Below, piece after piece: positions 48,901-58,783 of a stretch of 63,367 bases of DNA (position 1 is the stretch's first letter; every line of letters starts with the position of its first letter). Source of the stretch: an uncultured Clostridium sp. (GTDB lineage Bacteria > Bacillota > Clostridia > TANB77 > CAG-508); NCBI GenBank assembly GCA_946548575.1, contig CAMNPT010000003.1, positions 1 through 63,367 on the forward strand, read 5' to 3'. A program made the position numbers and the translations under genes. Below the pieces are notes generated by a model that was not told where the DNA came from, ran no database searches, and saw only the letters and a program-made list of their open reading frames with translations.

Positions 48901-49311
48901 CTAAATTTGAAAAAATTCGTAATATTTTACTGTCAAATATCTTACATATGAAATAATAATTCCAAATTTATCTTTTAATTGTTTTATAACTTCTAAATTT
49001 CTTATATTCTTTCTTAATTTCATATTTTTACATAGTTTTATTAATTCTTCATTATTTCCATCTATTCCATACCCCAAAATATGCATTTTATACATATCCT
49101 TATGTGCAGAAAACTCTACTCCTGGTATATAAGTCAAACCCTGTGTGTCTATTTTATTCATTGCTTTAATACTATCTATATTATCATGATCAGTAATAGA
49201 AAAAATTTCTATTCCATAATACTTTAATTTATCTACTATCTCTTCTAAAGAATAATACCCATCAGAGAATGTCGAGTGAATATGCAAATCATATTTTTTC
49301 ATTTTAACCAT
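48901..49311 (-). pseudogene. PHP-domain phosphoesterase, truncated or frameshifted remnant
   Basis: N-terminal YDLHIHSTFSDG...SITDHDN PHP motifs. The frame is lost near 48930. A second frame continues about 60 codons into the start of the epimerase gene. The expected C-terminal PHP motifs are absent. Confidence 0.55.
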
Positions 49312-49312
49312 C

Positions 49313-50347
49313 CTATTCTACATTATTTATTAATTCATTACTAATATATTCTAAGTTTTCATACAAATAGTTACATAGCTTAGTTCTAAAAAAAGCAAAT
49401 TCTAGTAATCCCACTTGTTTAAAATCATTATTATATTCCTTATATCCAAAAACACTACCAATTAATTGCAATAAATATAAATATGGTGCATACTTCAAAT
49501 CATATTCATTTAACTTAACATATTTTGAAAATTCTTTAAAATACTCTACAAGTGTTTTCACATTGAAACATCCATCTTTAGCTTCTTTATCAATGTAGCT
49601 ATATGATCTTATAATTTCCCATACAATTGGCAATAATTTAGCAGTTTCAAAATCTATTACTGTTGTCCCTAATTTATCATTGTAAATAAGCTGTTGAATG
49701 CTATAATCACCATGAGCATTTGTTATTGTCATCTTTTTTATTGAATCAAAATTGAAATTCATATATAATTCTTCTGCTATTTTTAGTTTTAGCCCTAAAT
49801 CACTTATTATTCTGTCCTTATTTGGATTGTTATCTTTAATTTCATGTATTAATTGTTTTATTTTATTAATGCCATTTTCTAAAGTATTCTTTGAAAAATT
49901 TTTTTCAATAATCCCATCGTCATCAAGTTTTGTATATTCCATTAGTTCTTTAGTTATTTTTCCTAAAATTGTTGCACTTTCAATAACCTTATTATAATCA
50001 TCAACTGTATTATTCTCCATTGTATATCCATCCACAAATTCCTGTAGAATAATAATTCTATCTTCATTTTGTATATAAAAATTACCATTGCATGTTTTTA
50101 TATAATTAGGTACTTTTATATTTCTTTCCTTTAGAAAATTAATAATATTAATTTCTTTTAATATTGATTCAATACTTCTTTTAGGGCTAAATTCTTTTAA
50201 AATGTATTGTTTTCCTTGTGTAATTATTTTAAAAATATTAGCAGTTCCTCTATTAATTTCTTCTATTCTTTCTGAAATAATTCCATATTCTTTTTTTAAT
50301 AATTCATTTATTTTTTCATAATTTAAATTTGATGCTTGTATTCCCAT
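49313..50347 (-). CDS. APH/choline-kinase-family phosphotransferase
   Basis: 344 aa; Brenner-like motif ITNAHGDYSIQQLI and DFE; protein-kinase-like fold. Confidence 0.7.
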   Translation of the reverse strand: MGIQASNLNYEKINELLKKEYGIISERIEEINRGTANIFKIITQGKQYILKEFSPKRSIESILKEINIINFLKERNIKVPNYIKTCNGNFYIQNEDRIIILQEFVDGYTMENNTVDDYNKVIESATILGKITKELMEYTKLDDDGIIEKNFSKNTLENGINKIKQLIHEIKDNNPNKDRIISDLGLKLKIAEELYMNFNFDSIKKMTITNAHGDYSIQQLIYNDKLGTTVIDFETAKLLPIVWEIIRSYSYIDKEAKDGCFNVKTLVEYFKEFSKYVKLNEYDLKYAPYLYLLQLIGSVFGYKEYNNDFKQVGLLEFAFFRTKLCNYLYENLEYISNELINNVE

Positions 50348-50856
50348 TATCTTTCACACTCTCTTTCTTTTTTTAATAAATTTATTATACACTCTCCAGT
50401 AGGTATAATCTTTTGTTTTAAATACATCTGCATATATTCTTCTTCTGTAACCCATTTTGCTTCCGTAACTTCTCCATCATTAAAATTTAAAGAATCAATA
50501 TCTATATCTTTTACAAATTTCCATACATCTCTAAAATAATCATTTTGTTGTACTGTTCCTAAAAATTTTCCTTCTTCTGCTTTTAATGATATTCCAATTT
50601 CTTCATAAACCTCTCTTATTGCTGCCATCAATGAGTTTTCTCCTACTATAACTGAACCTCCTGCACATTCCCATAAATTAGGATATAACACTTTATTAGG
50701 ATTTCTTCTGCTAATTAAAATTTTATTATTATTCATAATAACAGCAGTTGTAACTAAATGATATTCTCCTAATTGCAATCTTTCATTAAAATTTCTTTTT
50801 ATTATTTTTCCTGTTTTATTTCTAAATCTATCATAAACAATCCAAAATTCATCCAT
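50347..50856 (-). CDS. NUDIX hydrolase
   Basis: NUDIX box GGSVIVGENSLMAAIREVYEEIG; 1-nt overlap (ATGA-type) with the kinase gene. Confidence 0.85.
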   Translation of the reverse strand: MDEFWIVYDRFRNKTGKIIKRNFNERLQLGEYHLVTTAVIMNNNKILISRRNPNKVLYPNLWECAGGSVIVGENSLMAAIREVYEEIGISLKAEEGKFLGTVQQNDYFRDVWKFVKDIDIDSLNFNDGEVTEAKWVTEEEYMQMYLKQKIIPTGECIINLLKKERECER

Positions 50857-51445
50857 TTTTTACTTCGCCCTCATCTTTTATTCTTTGTAACTCAATTTCT
50901 GCTTTTTTTACGAAAAAATTATTTAAGTTTATACAATCTTTTATTTCTTTTATTCTATTTTTAAGTTCATCAATTGTTTTATAATACTTATTAGTTTCAG
51001 CTTCTATTAAAATATAATTATTATCAATATTCTTTTTTACAATTATTTTAAAATTATCCTTAATAAAAGAAATATGCAATTCATTAATTTTCATTAATTC
51101 TTTAAATCCAACAGCATAAAATATTCTTTTGGCCTCTTCTATACTATCTATTGAACATTTTATTGATGTCTGCGATATAATTTCATCTTTTTCATTTATC
51201 TCTTTCTTTTTAAAAACCATTTTTTTACTATTTTTATTAGTTGTTATTCCATTTGCTTCTCTTAATAAAATAGCCTTCTTTAAAATATCTCTAGTATTTT
51301 CTTCATATATATTTATTTCACCTGGTATCAAGAAAATATCAGTAAAATAATAATTTTCTAATTTCTTAAATCCATTATTCAATAAAAAACTTTTAAGTCT
51401 ATCTAATGAACAATTTGCTTTAACTGTAATTTCATTTTCTTCCAT
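50849..51445 (-). CDS. CYTH-like domain protein (tentative)
   Basis: 198 aa; size and alternating beta-strand charge pattern suggest CYTH, but the canonical ExExK start is not clear. Overlaps the NUDIX gene by 8 nt. Confidence 0.4.
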   Translation of the reverse strand: MEENEITVKANCSLDRLKSFLLNNGFKKLENYYFTDIFLIPGEINIYEENTRDILKKAILLREANGITTNKNSKKMVFKKKEINEKDEIISQTSIKCSIDSIEEAKRIFYAVGFKELMKINELHISFIKDNFKIIVKKNIDNNYILIEAETNKYYKTIDELKNRIKEIKDCINLNNFFVKKAEIELQRIKDEGEVKNG

Positions 51446-51727
51446 TAATTAATTCAACCTTTCTTAACAATATTTAAAATAAAAATTTTTTTACCCTTCC
51501 TTTAATATATCATAAAAAAAGATAAAATCGCACAAAACGACCTTATCTTTTTAAATCAAAACTAATACTATAATACTTAATAAATATTTTATTATTTTCT
51601 TTTTTACATTTATTTTTCATTTTTACCCACCCTATTTTTCCAAATTATACCATTGTTTCAACATTATGTCAATAGATTTTATAATTCTTGTGAATTTACA
51701 TAATTTTTTGTGTATATTTTTCATATA

Positions 51728-51949
51728 TTATTTCAATATATTTTTTAATTCTCTTAAATATTCCCCTATCACATCTCTAAATTCTATCTCAATTTTATCT
51801 TCATGTTTATTATAATATATTTGTAATAAATCTAAGTTTAATAAAGAATTATTATAAAAACTAAATTTAATTTTGTCTTCTTGTACTAATCTTTCTAATG
51901 TATTTAAACATGATTTTAGATCTATATCTATATTTTTATTTTTTCTCAA
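51728..51949 (-). CDS. Hypothetical 73-aa protein
   Basis: Intact ORF divergent from the XRE gene; no family recognised. Confidence 0.35.
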   Translation of the reverse strand: MRKNKNIDIDLKSCLNTLERLVQEDKIKFSFYNNSLLNLDLLQIYYNKHEDKIEIEFRDVIGEYLRELKNILK

Positions 51950-52047
51950 TTTCTACTCACCTCTTATTTTCTGTCCATTGCTTAATGTCATAATGTCACA
52001 AAGTTAAGGGTAAAATCAATATAAATATAAAAAAGGTGGTAAAAAAT

Positions 52048-52305
52048 ATGGCTGTTAGGAAATTAAATAATAATTTAAATGTCATTGGAGAAAATCTAAG
52101 AAAGATTAGAATAGAAAAACATTTATCTCAAGCCAATTTAACAATGGAACTTAATTTATTAGGTATTAATCTTCACAAAAACGATATTTACATGATTGAA
52201 AATAATAAAAGAACAGTTAAAGATTATGAAGTATGGGGCTTTATGAAAGTTTTAAGTATTTCTTATGATGACTTATTTATAGGAATTGAAGAAAAACTTG
52301 AGTAA
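52048..52305 (+). CDS. XRE-family helix-turn-helix transcriptional regulator
   Basis: IGENLRKIRIEKHLSQANLTMEL HTH_3 pattern; ATG at 52048 after AAAGGTGG. Confidence 0.8.
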   Translation: MAVRKLNNNLNVIGENLRKIRIEKHLSQANLTMELNLLGINLHKNDIYMIENNKRTVKDYEVWGFMKVLSISYDDLFIGIEEKLE

Positions 52306-52309
52306 TAAT

Positions 52310-52347
52310 AAACCTTCTTGAAAAGTATACACTTTCAGGAAGGTTTT
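52310..52347 (+). terminator. Rho-independent terminator
   Basis: AAACCTTCTTGAAAAGT / ACTTTCAGGAAGGTTT plus Ts. Confidence 0.65.
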
Positions 52348-52449
52348 AAATAATTACAATATATTAAATCTTCATTTTGTATATTTTTTGACAAACATTA
52401 TGACCTATACTTATCTATACTAATCTTATCTTATCTATACTGGGTTTCC

Positions 52450-52700
52450 ATTTGGTTGCCAAATGGTATACCAGTTTATAGAGGAACTATTACATCTGCC
52501 AGACCTATTGTTAATACTGAAATACAGGCTTTCAAAAATATATTTTTTGACTATCTTTTGATATACCAATGGTTGTCATTTCATTACATATTGGTTGCAT
52601 ATTATTTTCAATTTTTTACAATTGGTATACCATTGTTTGCGCTATGGTTAACAGTTAGTATTCAATTAGTAACATTCGGTTACCACTTGACATACCAAAA
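52450..52700. repeat. Iteron-like repeat field (candidate replication origin or protein-binding array)
   Basis: At least five TGGTT(G/A)(C/T)-type units (TTGGTTGCC, ATGGTTGTC, TTGGTTGCA, ATGGTTAAC, CGGTTACC). Interleaved are TGGTATACCA palindromes or half-sites (52463, 52560, 52622, 52690). Confidence 0.6.
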
Positions 52701-52707
52701 TTATTAA

Positions 52708-53076
52708 TTTAGTATTCTTTTTTAATACTAGAATCCTCAGAAATTATATAAGCTTTTGATTCAGAAACTGTAATTCTACTTTTCTCTTCTAAATACCTAG
52801 TAGGACTATATCTATCACATCTTATTGTATTATTTACTAACCAATCCATTATTACCACAACACCATTTTCAAATATATGTGTATATCCGTTTTCCCTTAG
52901 TTTTTCTAAATCCTCATTTGAACAACCTAACCATCTTATTTTTTTGGATTTGCTACAAATCCATCATCATCTGCTTTCATTCCTAAATGACAGTATAAAC
53001 ATTGAGTGCTCAAAGGCATCTCCAAACATTTATCTGTATCTATTAATTCATTACTAAACATGCGCTTCTTTGCCAT
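52708..53076 (-). pseudogene. Phage/ICE replisome-organizer N-terminal-domain gene, frameshifted in a poly-A run
   Basis: MAKKRMFSNELIDTDKCLEMPLSTQCLYCHLGMKADDDGFVANPKK, then a stop. With A8 instead of the observed A7 (52939-52945) it continues ...IRWLGCSNEDLEKLRENGYTHIFENGVVVIMDWLVNN... Confidence 0.65.
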
Positions 53077-53442
53077 GTTAAATCCCTCCTTAAAAATTCT
53101 AAATTTTTATAATTTAATTTTCCGTATAAACAAAAATAAATAAAAAGCAAAGTGCTATTATAACACAATGCTTTGGATTGTTTTTGGATAGACATTATTA
53201 AAATTTTTTCGTATTTTTGAGTATTAGTTGTGATTTCACTAATACACCACTTTTTTGCAAATTTTAAAGATTTTTCAAAAAATTTTCATTTTTTCATGTT
53301 TTTTTGGATTTTTTATAATTATTTTAATTTTATATAATCTAGTTGTATCAATGGTTTTATTTATTCAAAATCAGTCGTTACTACCTTATACTCTATGTCT
53401 ATCGTGTGTCGCTAAAGAATATAAAAATTTGCTTATTTTTTC

Positions 53443-54756
53443 TCAAACTGCTATGTCGAGAGAAATGTAATTGTCATAGTTTGTAACAATTCTTACTATT
53501 ATATACTCTAATTGTTTTTTACTTCTGAATAAGTCTTCATCTTTTTCAAAAATCTTTAATCTTTGAAAACTCTTTACTTCACACAATATATTTTTATCTT
53601 TTATATCTATATAATTTATATCTTGTTTCTTTGCTCTTTTTTCTTCGTTTTTAGATATCTCATCATCATTATTGATCTTGTTGTTTTTTAAAACAAAATT
53701 AATTATATATGGATTTTTATTTCCATTTTCATCAATTCCACCAATAATTACTTTATCAACCAATATATTAAAAACTTCTCTATCAAATTCGGTAATAATC
53801 TGATTCTTCTTTAAAAGTTCTTTTATTCCTTCAATCTTTCCTTTTAAGCTATCTTCTTTTTCAATATTACCTTCTTTATCCTCTTTGACTTTTTGTATAT
53901 TTTTTATCTTTCTTTCAATTTCATAATTTTTTTCTTTAAAGGCTTCTTCCGTTATTAAATTATCTAATTTTAAATCTAATAACTTTTTAAGTTTTTCTTT
54001 TAAATCATGTTCTTGGATATTTAATTTTTCTATTTCTGTTTGTGTATTGTTTTCTTTTAATATTGGTTCTGCTTTTTCCCAATTAGACAATAAGATATCT
54101 TTACCTTTATAAATTTTTTCAATTATTTCATATATATCTTTTTCCTGAAATAATCTCATTCTATCTAAATTTTCATTTGTTGGATTTATTATAAGTATGA
54201 CATGTTTACCGAGCATAAAAAATTTATTTCTTCTATTTATTTTACTAAATTCTTCAGAAAAAACTATTATGTTTTGATAATCTACTGCTTTATTAATATC
54301 ATTAATTATTTGTCCAATATAGCTTTGTTTATTTCTTTTAGATATATAATATACCAGATATTTTTTATTTTTATACTTCAATTCCCCAATGTATTTTCTA
54401 CCTTTATCTGTAAATACCATTTTGTCTTTTAACTCCCAACTTGCAGTAAATTCAATACTACTACCTAATGTCATACCAGCAATCTTTGATATTTCCTCTA
54501 CTCTTGATTGATAGTCTTTCCTTCTACAAACATAATTATAATCATATCCTATTTCCCTTAACAATTTTGTTCCATTAACATCAATTTTAACTTTGTACCA
54601 ATCTATTTTTCGTATATATTTTTCAGTCTCTAACTGCTTTAACCTTTTGTAACTATAATCACCTTTACCATAAATACCTTTTGCTTCCTTTACATATAAT
54701 ACTTTAAACTTCTTCAAAAATGTTAATAATTTAATATCTTTTTCCGTTAGCCTCAT
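53443..54756 (-). CDS. Chimeric ORF: an unknown about 235-aa N-terminal part (winged-helix/replication-relaxation-like, tentative) fused to the coiled-coil and C-terminal part of a large serine recombinase
   Basis: From ...TEIEKLNIQEHDLKEKLKKLLDLKL onward it parallels the pseudogene at 44700..45290 (about 85% nt identity by eye). It lacks the resolvase catalytic domain. Confidence 0.6.
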   Translation of the reverse strand: MRLTEKDIKLLTFLKKFKVLYVKEAKGIYGKGDYSYKRLKQLETEKYIRKIDWYKVKIDVNGTKLLREIGYDYNYVCRRKDYQSRVEEISKIAGMTLGSSIEFTASWELKDKMVFTDKGRKYIGELKYKNKKYLVYYISKRNKQSYIGQIINDINKAVDYQNIIVFSEEFSKINRRNKFFMLGKHVILIINPTNENLDRMRLFQEKDIYEIIEKIYKGKDILLSNWEKAEPILKENNTQTEIEKLNIQEHDLKEKLKKLLDLKLDNLITEEAFKEKNYEIERKIKNIQKVKEDKEGNIEKEDSLKGKIEGIKELLKKNQIITEFDREVFNILVDKVIIGGIDENGNKNPYIINFVLKNNKINNDDEISKNEEKRAKKQDINYIDIKDKNILCEVKSFQRLKIFEKDEDLFRSKKQLEYIIVRIVTNYDNYISLDIAV

Positions 54757-54829
54757 AATATAAATTCACCTCCATTTAAAAATCAAACTATTTTACATTC
54801 TTATTTTCCATCTTTTTATCTAATTTTGT

Positions 54830-55190
54830 TTAATCTTCCTTTATCCTTCCAACAACTTTTTTCTAGTTTTTGCCTACTTTTCAATATTTCAAGCTCTATT
54901 AAAACATCCAATTCTAGCACCTATAAAAATAGGATAATTTGGAGTACTTTTAAACATCCAAATCATATACTTTTTTCATCCAATTTAAAACGAAAAAATA
55001 AAGTGCTATAATAACACTTTATCATCATATCGATTTGAAAAGACATTTTCATAAATCTTTTTATTAATTTTTTGTATTTCGTTATGTCGGATGAGATATT
55101 GCACCCCATCAGGTGTGTTTGATTGGATATCCAATCCCATCGTTCCATTTTTATCTAAATCACTATATTTTAATAATATATAAATTTTAT
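54830..55190. repeat. About 300-bp dispersed intergenic repeat, copy A
   Basis: Shares ATATCGATTTGAAAAGACATT(T/C)TCATAAATCTTTTTATTAA...GTATTTCGTTATGTCGG(A/G)TGAGATATT and upstream blocks with 59400..59720. Related pieces occur at 53100-53330. Confidence 0.75.
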
Positions 55191-55196
55191 TCTTCT

Positions 55197-55706
55197 CTAA
55201 GTTTTCATTTTATTTCTTAATTGTATAAGCTTTTCTTTGTTTTCCTTATATTCAAATCTTAGTTTTACAAAATTTTTCGCCCCTCTTTTCTCAAATGAAT
55301 ATCTAGGAATTAATTGTATGTGGAAATGATTCATTGGTCCGTCACACATAGTACATAGATATACACTTTCAGCATTATATGTTTCTTTTAAGATGTTCAT
55401 AACTTTCTTCGCCAATATAAATATTTCTTTGCATGTTTTATCATCTATTTCCATCATATCTTTGAAATGTTTTTTTGTGCTTATTGCAGTATGTCCTTCA
55501 GCTCGTGGATTTCCTACTAAAAAGCACTCAAATTTTTCATCTTCATAAAATAATCTGTCTTCATTATTACCATATAAAATATTATTATTTTGTTTATCAA
55601 AACAAGTAGGACATATTCTAGAATCAACAATATCTGTTACTGTAACTTTTCCTGTTTTTATTAATTCAATGATTTCTCCATTATTAAATTGTTTCAAATT
55701 ATCCAT
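55197..55706 (-). CDS. HIT-family hydrolase with an N-terminal Cys-containing extension
   Basis: HFHIQLIPR histidine-triad motif; 169 aa. Confidence 0.75.
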   Translation of the reverse strand: MDNLKQFNNGEIIELIKTGKVTVTDIVDSRICPTCFDKQNNNILYGNNEDRLFYEDEKFECFLVGNPRAEGHTAISTKKHFKDMMEIDDKTCKEIFILAKKVMNILKETYNAESVYLCTMCDGPMNHFHIQLIPRYSFEKRGAKNFVKLRFEYKENKEKLIQLRNKMKT

Positions 55707-55745
55707 TCAATTCTCCTTATCTAATGAAAAATTTTAATATTTTTC

Positions 55746-56471
55746 CTATTTTCTTTTATATTTACATTCTTCAATAAATTTCTTAAATAAATTTTCTGTA
55801 AATTCATCTTCTATCATTAATTCTGGATGCCATTTTATTCCCATTATAAATTTTTTATCCTCTAATTCAAAACTCTCTACTAATCCATCATCAGAAAGAG
55901 CTGAAATTTTTGCATACTTCTCAACATTCTCTTTAGATGCTATCATACTATGAATACTATTTACATTATATTCATCTTTATTTATTAAATCATATAATTT
56001 TGTTCCTTTCATTACAGATACTTTATGTCTGTAATTTATATCATATATGTCATGTTCTTTCGTTTTGTCTTCTATTACATCTGTTCCTAAAGCTCTTAAA
56101 ATATTATTAAATCCAGCACATATTCCAATAAGAGGTTTATCTAATTCTATAATTCTTTTCGCCATTTCTATTTCATAATTTGAACTGTATAGTCCTCCTT
56201 GCAATATGAATCCATCACACAAATCTATTTGTCTGTATAGTTCTTCTTTTTCTTCATCACTTAAAATAGTATCGTCTTTAATATCATTATCATTGAATTT
56301 TAAGGTTGCTTCTGTTGGTAATAACATTATTGCTGTACCACCATTTTTTACAATTAAATATCTTATTTCATCAACTTCATCAATCCTATGCCAAATATCT
56401 TCTTCATATTGTGGCTGAACTTTACCTATTATTCCTATAATTGGTCTTTTCATTACTTTTACCTCCATCAA
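55746..56471 (-). CDS. Class I glutamine amidotransferase-like, gamma-glutamyl hydrolase (peptidase C26) family
   Basis: GICAGFNNI nucleophile-elbow Cys and HPE region; 241 aa. Confidence 0.7.
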   Translation of the reverse strand: MMEVKVMKRPIIGIIGKVQPQYEEDIWHRIDEVDEIRYLIVKNGGTAIMLLPTEATLKFNDNDIKDDTILSDEEKEELYRQIDLCDGFILQGGLYSSNYEIEMAKRIIELDKPLIGICAGFNNILRALGTDVIEDKTKEHDIYDINYRHKVSVMKGTKLYDLINKDEYNVNSIHSMIASKENVEKYAKISALSDDGLVESFELEDKKFIMGIKWHPELMIEDEFTENLFKKFIEECKYKRK

Positions 56472-56498
56472 AAATATTGCAATAATATCACACTTATT

Positions 56499-57575
56499 TT
56501 ATCTATATTCACTTTCCTCTAATTCCCTATCATTTGTAACATCCTGTAAAATTCTAATATAACTATCATATCTTTCTCTATTTATAATTCCTGCTTTTAC
56601 AGCTTGCTTTACCATGCATCCTTCTTCAGGTTCTTTATAATGTAAACAATCTGAATATCTACAACGATTTCCCCAATCTTCAAATTCAGCAAAATATTGT
56701 TTTATTTCACTTGGTTTAAAACTAGAAATATCCAAACTCCTTATTCCTGGTGTATCAATTACAGCTGAACCTTCATTCCAAACATAATATTTAGATGTAG
56801 TCGTTGTATGTCTACCTTTTCCACTTTTGCTACTTACATGCGATGTTTTTATCTCATCTATATCCATCAAAGAATTTGTTAAAGAAGATTTTCCTACACC
56901 ACTATGCCCAACAAATATAGCCTGTTTTCCTCTTAATATTGATTTTAATTCATCTATTCCAGTATTATTAATTGCTGAAGTTTCTAAAACAGGTATCTTT
57001 ATTTTCCTATATATATCTAATATTTCTTCATCTTCTTTAGCCTTTAAATCAGACTTATTTAAACAGATAGCACAATCAATACCACTATCTTGTAAAATCA
57101 TTAGATATCTATCAATGAATTTGGGATGTAATGGTGGTGTTTTAGATGATACTACAATAACAGCCATATCAATATTAGTAGCGATTGTATGATTATCGCC
57201 TACATTTTGACCTATTCTTGTACTATCTTTCTTCTTTCTTGATAAAGTATTTTTTCTTACCAATAAATTTGTAATTATATTCTTGTCTGGCTGTTCTTGA
57301 TTTATTACCACTATATCCCCAGGAAATATCGTTTGATTACAAACTGCATTAAGCCCTTTTTTTAGGCTGGCATTAATTAGTTCTCCTTTATAAAGTACAG
57401 TAGCATCATTATATCTTGTTTCAATAACTTTTCCTGTTATTTCATCTGTCTTCTTTATAACAAATCTCGAATCTGTTTCTTCAATGTTTGTTTTTCTACA
57501 CTTTGCTTTTGCTCTTTCTTTCTTCTCACGCGATTTTTTTGTTTGAAAACTATCATAACTTTCCAAATGTGCCAT
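56499..57575 (-). CDS. rsgA: Ribosome small-subunit-dependent GTPase A
   Basis: OB-fold N-domain, circularly permuted GTPase (NKSDL ... GHSGVGKSSL), C-terminal Zn cluster C..C.H...C. Confidence 0.9.
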   Translation of the reverse strand: MAHLESYDSFQTKKSREKKERAKAKCRKTNIEETDSRFVIKKTDEITGKVIETRYNDATVLYKGELINASLKKGLNAVCNQTIFPGDIVVINQEQPDKNIITNLLVRKNTLSRKKKDSTRIGQNVGDNHTIATNIDMAVIVVSSKTPPLHPKFIDRYLMILQDSGIDCAICLNKSDLKAKEDEEILDIYRKIKIPVLETSAINNTGIDELKSILRGKQAIFVGHSGVGKSSLTNSLMDIDEIKTSHVSSKSGKGRHTTTTSKYYVWNEGSAVIDTPGIRSLDISSFKPSEIKQYFAEFEDWGNRCRYSDCLHYKEPEEGCMVKQAVKAGIINRERYDSYIRILQDVTNDRELEESEYR

Positions 57576-57596
57576 TTATAAATTCTCCATAACAAT

Positions 57597-58145
57597 TTAT
57601 TTATCATATTCAATAAATTCTTCCTTTAGTAATCCAGTAATGCACTCATCAACATATTCATATGTCGCTAAACATAGAAATTTCTTTCTTTTTATTCCTT
57701 CGTTTTTATACCCAAGTTTTTCTTGCATTTTTCTTGATTTCTCATTACCAGGAAAATATCCATTTTCCATTCTCCTTAATCCTAATTCATTAAATGCATA
57801 TTTTATCTTTGTACTAAATGCTTCTGTTCCATATCCATTTTTTTGATATTTTTCATTTAACCATATTCCTCCTCCAGCAGTACCATCTTTTTTATTGATA
57901 TTTGTAATTTCAGTACCACCAATAACTTTATTATTTTCTTTTAACACTATCGCTAATGATATATTATCTTGTTCATCTAAATTTTTGGCATAATTTATAA
58001 AATTTTCAGCATCCTTTTCTTTATATGGATATGGAACATTAGCCATCCATTTTGAAACATTTATATTATTTAATCCTTCTACTAAATCATGAACATCTTC
58101 GTCTTTCCAGTTTCTTAAGATTATTCTTTCACTATTTATTATCAT
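57597..58145 (-). CDS. GNAT N-acetyltransferase (RimJ/RimL-like)
   Basis: 182 aa; QKNGYGTEA acetyl-CoA motif. Confidence 0.75.
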   Translation of the reverse strand: MIINSERIILRNWKDEDVHDLVEGLNNINVSKWMANVPYPYKEKDAENFINYAKNLDEQDNISLAIVLKENNKVIGGTEITNINKKDGTAGGGIWLNEKYQKNGYGTEAFSTKIKYAFNELGLRRMENGYFPGNEKSRKMQEKLGYKNEGIKRKKFLCLATYEYVDECITGLLKEEFIEYDK

Positions 58146-58159
58146 TTCTTTAATTTCTC

Positions 58160-58660
58160 CTATAATAATTCTATCTTATCAATTAATATTGATTCTTCAT
58201 TTTCATCAATATATTCTATACTAATCTCATCTATTGTTGTTACAAATTCTTCATCAAAGTTCTTTAACATATTAATACTCTCACTTTGTCCAAGTGTTAT
58301 ATGAGGAATATATTGTATTTCTTTTTTTAAATGAGTTGGTAGCACTTCTTGATAAATTCTATCATGCAATTGCATTATTTTATCTTTTCCCTCTATACAA
58401 TTAAGAAATATGTAATTATCATTAGATAAAGAAATTCCTTTAAAACGCACATTAAATTTCGTTATATTTTTTACAACTTTTCTAACTCTCTCTATTAATA
58501 ATTCATCTGCCATACTATCTGAAAAAGGAAATATCAATGTAATATGTGGCTCTATCATTCCATATAATCTATCATATCTCTTTCTAACTTCTTGAATTGT
58601 CCTTATATTCTTAAATTTTGGAAATATTATAACTGCTCTTTTATTAATGTTATCACTCAT
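58160..58660 (-). CDS. 2H phosphoesterase / 2'-5' RNA ligase-like protein
   Basis: Two HxT motifs (PHITLIFPF and PHITLGQ). Confidence 0.7.
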   Translation of the reverse strand: MSDNINKRAVIIFPKFKNIRTIQEVRKRYDRLYGMIEPHITLIFPFSDSMADELLIERVRKVVKNITKFNVRFKGISLSNDNYIFLNCIEGKDKIMQLHDRIYQEVLPTHLKKEIQYIPHITLGQSESINMLKNFDEEFVTTIDEISIEYIDENEESILIDKIELL

Positions 58661-58783
58661 ATTTACTACTCCTTCTTAATTTTCAAAATAAAACACCAAT
58701 CTTGAACTTTCTCTAATTTATTTTTCTGTAATAATACCGCTTTATAAAAATACTAGATTTTAATAACAATTACATTTAACCCT

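Noticed and set aside
52456-52707. 83-aa ORF in the track as a membrane protein gene
   Set aside because: The sequence is a field of short DNA repeats and palindromes with no RBS. Its hydrophobic translation is an artefact of T-rich repeats.
44700-54756. Intact prophage or ICE
   Set aside because: No capsid, tail, terminase or conjugation genes are present. The recombinase and replisome-organizer genes are broken. Only a remnant or mosaic island is supported.
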